From a virus (taxonomy: Duplodnaviria; Caudoviricetes), in IMG/VR virus record IMGVR_UViG_3300020042_006220, positions 1-26,060 of that record: DNA of 26,060 nt. One strand, 5' to 3'. The notes under the pieces were generated by a model that saw only the letters and a list, made by a program, of their open reading frames with translations, ran no database searches and was not told where the DNA came from. Position 1 is the first letter of the stretch, and each line of letters starts with the position of its first letter. The position numbers were made by a program, and so were the translations under genes. Shown piece after piece: positions 24,741 to 26,060 of this stretch.

Positions 24741-24839
24741 TTAGATGATGCGGTTCTTGAAGCCGAAGCCCGTGGCAGCGGTGTTCTGTACGCTGCTGTC
24801 TGCAAAGGTGATGCTCTCACCGCTTACTGCTACGGTCAT
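24741..24839 (-). pseudogene. Orphaned original 5' end of the tail-fibre gene (32 codons)
   Basis: [32 protein letters not shown] matches the fibre N-terminus ..[17 protein letters not shown]. Confidence 0.88.
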
Positions 24840-25051
24840 GCTAGTTGCTCCTCAGTGGTTGGCACAACATATGGTGGTGGTGGATTGGGGTCAGTGAAGA
24901 CGCCATCAGCGTAAAGCCAACCAACAGAAGCCCAAAGTTCTGGAATTGCTACCGAGCCTTCTTCAAAAGCAGGCGGCGTACCTATCGGTTGTTCTGCGTA
25001 TTCCACCGCATTTAAAACAACCCCATCTTTAACGATTGCATATCTTTGCAT
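24836..25051 (-). CDS. Small tail-fibre-associated protein
   Basis: YAIVKDGVVLN..VGWLYADGVFTDP motif typical of fibre partners. Confidence 0.8.
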   Translation of the reverse strand: MQRYAIVKDGVVLNAVEYAEQPIGTPPAFEEGSVAIPELWASVGWLYADGVFTDPNPPPPYVVPTTEEQLA

Positions 25052-25060
25052 GATTAACCC

Positions 25061-25804
25061 TTAAAAGAATGCGGTCACAAAGATTACGCCAGAACCACCA
25101 GCAGCCCCAGTTGTGCTTGAGCCGCTGCTACCGCTTCCCGCTGCGCCAACTGCATAAGAATATGAAGCCGAGGGGCTGGTAATCAATGCTTCAATATAAG
25201 CGCCAGCGCCGCCGCCGCCGCCGCCTTCTCCTGTAGATGTCCAATCTGTACCGCCGCCGCCTCCACCAGCGCCAGTATTTGGAATGCCTGCAACACCGTT
25301 ATTTCCAGTATTTGCGAGTCCTGCGCCGCCAAACGCGTTACTTCCACCAAAGCCAAATCTTAAGTTAGCGCCGTTTGATGCTCTGTTGTATCCCCCAGCA
25401 GAACCAGCGCCGCCAGATAAAGCAAGGCCTGAAGCATTATTTGTAGCAGAACCACCATTGCCTCCAGAAGAACCGGCAAGACCAGCACCACCACCAGTAC
25501 AAGTTAACAAAGAACTCCCAAAAGTTGTCGTTCCTCCTGCGCCGCCATTGCCACCCCCGCCTTGCGTTCCAGCGCCGCCGCCGCCACCGCCACCAGCCAT
25601 TTTTACGGTCAAATACTTGGCTCCTGTAGGAACCGTGTATGTGCCTGAGCCGCTTGTGTATACGGTTGCTTGAGGATTTGCATACAAAGCAAGCGTGCCA
25701 GTAGCATCTGGCAAAGTAATTGTGCGATCTGAGTTTGTGACAGGGGCAACCAAAGACACTGTACCCGTGCCGGTTGCCGAGGCCGTTACTGCAATGCTGC
25801 TCAT
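25061..25804 (-). CDS. Glycine-rich tail fibre
   Basis: TITLPDATGT adaptor, YTSGSGTYTVPTGAK..GGGGGG, GGSGVIFV. Confidence 0.85.
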   Translation of the reverse strand: MSSIAVTASATGTGTVSLVAPVTNSDRTITLPDATGTLALYANPQATVYTSGSGTYTVPTGAKYLTVKMAGGGGGGGAGTQGGGGNGGAGGTTTFGSSLLTCTGGGAGLAGSSGGNGGSATNNASGLALSGGAGSAGGYNRASNGANLRFGFGGSNAFGGAGLANTGNNGVAGIPNTGAGGGGGGTDWTSTGEGGGGGGAGAYIEALITSPSASYSYAVGAAGSGSSGSSTTGAAGGSGVIFVTAFF

Positions 25805-26060
25805 GCTGCTGCTCCTTCAAGTGCGGTGATGCGGGTTGTCAGGGCTGTGATGAGGGCTTGCTGCTCTTGGATTGCCGCTGTCAGTGTGGCGACCAAGAAG
25901 CTGGTGTCGATGCCTTGGTAGACGGGGCGTGTAGCCTCGTTGCCGTCTTCGTCTGTGTAGGTTTCTACAGCGTCTTTTTCGCCAGTGACGCAGCCCTCAA
26001 CCACCTCTTGCAACTCATGGGCGATGAAGCCTTGACCGTCAGAGCCGTCTACATTCCACT
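25801..26060 (-). CDS. 3' end of a tail fibre with intramolecular chaperone (peptidase S74) domain; runs off the window
   Basis: Frame is open to the window edge: WNVDGSDGQGFIAHELQEV..YQGIDTSFLVATLTAAIQEQQ..RITALE. Confidence 0.88.
   Translation of the reverse strand, partial: WNVDGSDGQGFIAHELQEVVEGCVTGEKDAVETYTDEDGNEATRPVYQGIDTSFLVATLTAAIQEQQALITALTTRITALEGAAA

Noticed and set aside
24129-24743. Group I intron or intein interrupting the tail-fibre gene
   Set aside because: The insert is almost fully occupied by the endonuclease ORF and the duplicated N-terminus. There is no room for a ribozyme core, no terminal G at the needed junction, and an in-frame stop excludes an intein.
25201-25600. 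(GCC)n runs as a DNA repeat element, and the Pro-rich + strand ORF 25284-25673
   Set aside because: Explained by poly-Gly codons of the fibre on the - strand.
1-26060. CRISPR array, tRNA genes, diversity-generating retroelement
   Set aside because: No repeat-spacer array, cloverleaf or reverse transcriptase seen. The fibre duplication differs at synonymous positions rather than specifically at adenines.

Overview
About 26 kb of a tailed dsDNA phage genome, probably podovirus-like. The gene families resemble those of freshwater betaproteobacterial (Burkholderiales-type) phages, but host and taxon are inferred only. Left to right: (i) 3-2283, a self-contained + strand cassette (promoter, five small genes including a Cys-rich GP88/DUF7227-like protein, terminator) enclosed by a perfect 91-bp inverted repeat; (ii) 2422-9946, a - strand replication/nin-like operon (initiator with internal origin-like repeats, DnaB/T7gp4-like helicase, small modular genes, RusA, DUF1364, ferritin-like protein); (iii) a short divergent switch region with no repressor gene; (iv) 10065-11604, a + strand recombination operon (Sak3/DUF1071 annealing protein, SpoVG-like protein, structured RNA, MazG-like protein); (v) 11594-26060, - strand late genes (lysis cassette, ejection proteins, tail proteins, tail fibres). 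The main findings are: a GIY-YIG homing endonuclease that splits a tail-fibre gene and supplies a synonymously recoded replacement 5' end; the inverted-repeat-bounded cassette; a CTAGGG-W4-CCC palindrome placed 38-39 bp upstream of three -10 boxes; a T4 holin T-like protein beside a second holin; and two candidate structured RNAs. All protein family calls come from motif recognition, not database searches.
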